Shown: positions 61,731-64,000 of the stretch, piece after piece | How positions within the stretch are numbered: position 1 is the stretch's first letter | Layout of the letters: every line of letters begins with the position of its first letter | DNA from: Callorhinchus milii | Taxonomy: Eukaryota | Assembly: GCF_018977255.1 (NCBI RefSeq) | Contig: NW_024704743.1 | Coordinates: 5,768,001-5,832,000 of the forward strand | Reading direction: 5' to 3' | Length of the DNA: 64,000 nucleotides | The notes under the pieces: model-generated | Seen by the model: only the letters and a program-made list of their open reading frames with translations | The model's database searches: none | What the model was told of the DNA's origin: nothing | Translations under genes and position numbers: made by a program

Positions 61731-64000
61731 ATTCTTTCTACATTAGTTACATATTGTGGAACAGCTGATGTGAAGATCTAGAAGTAAGCATCGAAGTGAG
61801 CGACAGCCTGTGAGTGTTTATCTTTGGCACAACTGAAGTGGGTCATTTGGTTTAGCTGACCTTCAAGGAAGGATTCTTTTCTTGACTGTAGATTTTGCAG
61901 CTCCTAGTAGTCGAGCACTGTGTGTTTATACTGCACCACATGGCCGCAAAAAATTTACTATAAATTGCAGTCGAGAAACAATGCACTTCCAAATTGCACT
62001 CAAGTCACACACCAAACATTTGGTAGTTTCAAGAGGTTTGAATTTGCATCTGCTCCAGTATAAAGGCCAGACTGGGAACCAATGCTGGCTCCACTTACCC
62101 AATAATCCCTGAAGAATCCAATCAGTCCAACAGATGGCCTGAGGAAATAAGGAGCATTTTTGGTGTTATTTTGATTTTTTTGTTGATTTTTTTGATATTT
62201 TTCTCCTTACCACATGCGGCTTCCACGTTGGTTTAACGTCTCATCTGATAGCACCTCCAACAATGCAATGCACCCCCAGCACTGCATTGGAATGTCATCT
62301 TAGACTATTCGAGTTCACATCCCAATGTGGGCCTTGAACCCACAACCTTCTGACACAGAGGTGAGAGTGTTACCAACTGAGCCAGGCTGGCGCATTCACT
62401 ATAAAGTGAAGTGTATGTATTTTGTAGGCAAACTGGCAGCCAATTTGTGCACAGGCTGCCCATAAACCACCTTGAAATCAATCACCAATTTTATTTTGCG
62501 GATTGTTGGTCGGGATACCAGGAGAATCTCCTTTCTCACTTTGAATAGTGCCATTTGAATAGACAAACAGACGGTTGAACATCTCACTCAAAAGCACCAT
62601 CAACAATGCAGAGCACTCCCAGCACCACATTGGAGTATGAACCTAGAATCTAGATTATAAGAATTCAAAGTACTCAAAGTGTGGCTTAATCTCACAATCT
62701 CGAACTCCGAGGCAAGTGTGCTACCAATTGAATCAGGCTGACACCTGTGCAGCTGCAACATCCTATAGCAATAAATTGCCAATTGCCTTCGGAAGAGGTG
62801 TAGAAATAATTGGCAGAGTTAGAAAGCTTGCTTTTTTTTGAACAGCATCTCCTGTAAAGTAGCACAGAACAATCACAAACTGCACTAAGCATGGAGAGCC
62901 ACAGAAGGCTAGATGGTTTGAGAGAGAGGAAACATCTTGCCTTCTGTTAAACCGATACTACTTTTGGTGAAACACATTTCTACCCAGCACCACAATTCAC
63001 AATTTTCCGGCTGTGATATTTCCTTTTCAAAAGATGTTTTTTTAAAAAGAATTTAATGTTTCCTCTGCAGCTGCAAACATTTGTAACTGTGAAACTGGTC
63101 AGCTGAAATACCACACTGTGATATGCTGGCTATTGCTTGCAGACCTGAGCTCCATCATCAGGTTTTAGCAACAACAATCATAGAATGGTTGATAGACTTT
63201 TTTCAAAAAGCATTCTCCCGCTTTCTTTCCCTATATATCATTTTCAAAGGTAACCTCTCATGAAGTGTAGTGACTGTATATTTGTAGGCGAATAACTTTT
63301 CACACAGCATGCCTCACACACAGCTGTGAAGTGAAGTACAATTTTATCTGGAGGACTGTAGGCCAGGACACTGACAGAAATTCTTATCTCTTTTCGCAGT
63401 GACGGTATCTTTAATGTCCACTTGAACAGACAGAGAGTAACTCAATGGGCAATGCAGTGCTCCTGGTGTCAGCCTAGACCACAAGCTTTTTAAAGGAGAT
63501 GGATGTTGTTATCTAATAGGAGTGAGTGGAACACTTTAAGTTCATCAGGGTGTGGCTATCTGGTGGTGAAGAGTGCACAACTTCCTTGTTAGGCTCCAGT
63601 GTCAGCAAAAAACACACACACAGGTTTACTATTATCAGTCAGATTCAGAATAAAGCTCTACCCTGCAAAACTTAGAATCATACAATCCTACAGCACAGGA
63701 GACGATTCGGCCCATGGTGCCTGTGCCGGCTCTTTGAAAGAGCTATCCAACTAGTCCCATTCCCCACTCATTTCCCATAGCCTTGCAATTTTTTTCTTTT
63801 TCAAGTAAATATCCAATTATTGAATCTGCTTCCGGATTTCAAACCAACACTCACTGTTGGAGGAATATGATATTTGCATTTCCAAAACCACACATGTTTT
63901 ATGACTAAGTGAGGGAGCCATTTTAACTTTGAGTTATGGCTAATTGTGGATCAGTATATTCTCATAGCAAGTGCTATTCTCGGCCTAACTATTCTTCTAT

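Noticed and set aside
1..64000. CRISPR array or prokaryotic defence system
   Set aside because: The sequence is eukaryotic (spliceosomal introns, LINEs, SINEs). The recurring repeats are dispersed retroposons, not regularly spaced arrays.

Overview
Repeat-rich vertebrate genomic DNA. The tRNA-headed SINE, L2 and CR1 landscape suggests a cartilaginous fish, probably a chimaera, but this is inference. Two convergent genes are supported. (1) The last two coding exons and 3'UTR of glutamate decarboxylase, most likely GAD2, on the + strand (1113-1202, 2550-2723). (2) A complete spliced gene on the - strand that I cannot name. Its model is a putative non-coding exon ending at 35189 plus coding exons 34709-34094, 31512-30974, 30496-30430 and 30344-28834. 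All junctions are GT-AG and phase-compatible, giving 2733 nt = 910 aa. The product looks secreted: signal peptide, five CxGxxC motifs, coiled coil, TNFR-type cysteine-rich domain, truncated calcium-binding EGF, second TNFR-type domain, then three tandem ~150-aa C1q/TNF-like domains. That would put receptor-type and ligand-type folds in one chain, possibly as a single-chain pseudo-trimer, and it is the main candidate for an undescribed system here. The rest is mostly L2 and CR1 LINE fragments, tRNA-Ala-derived SINEs (long and short forms, two 3' loop variants), Deu-domain SINEs, a hAT fossil, an internally deleted mariner, an unclassified ~200-bp repeat family, local template-switch rearrangements and some TE-free candidate regulatory islands. 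TE boundaries are approximate.
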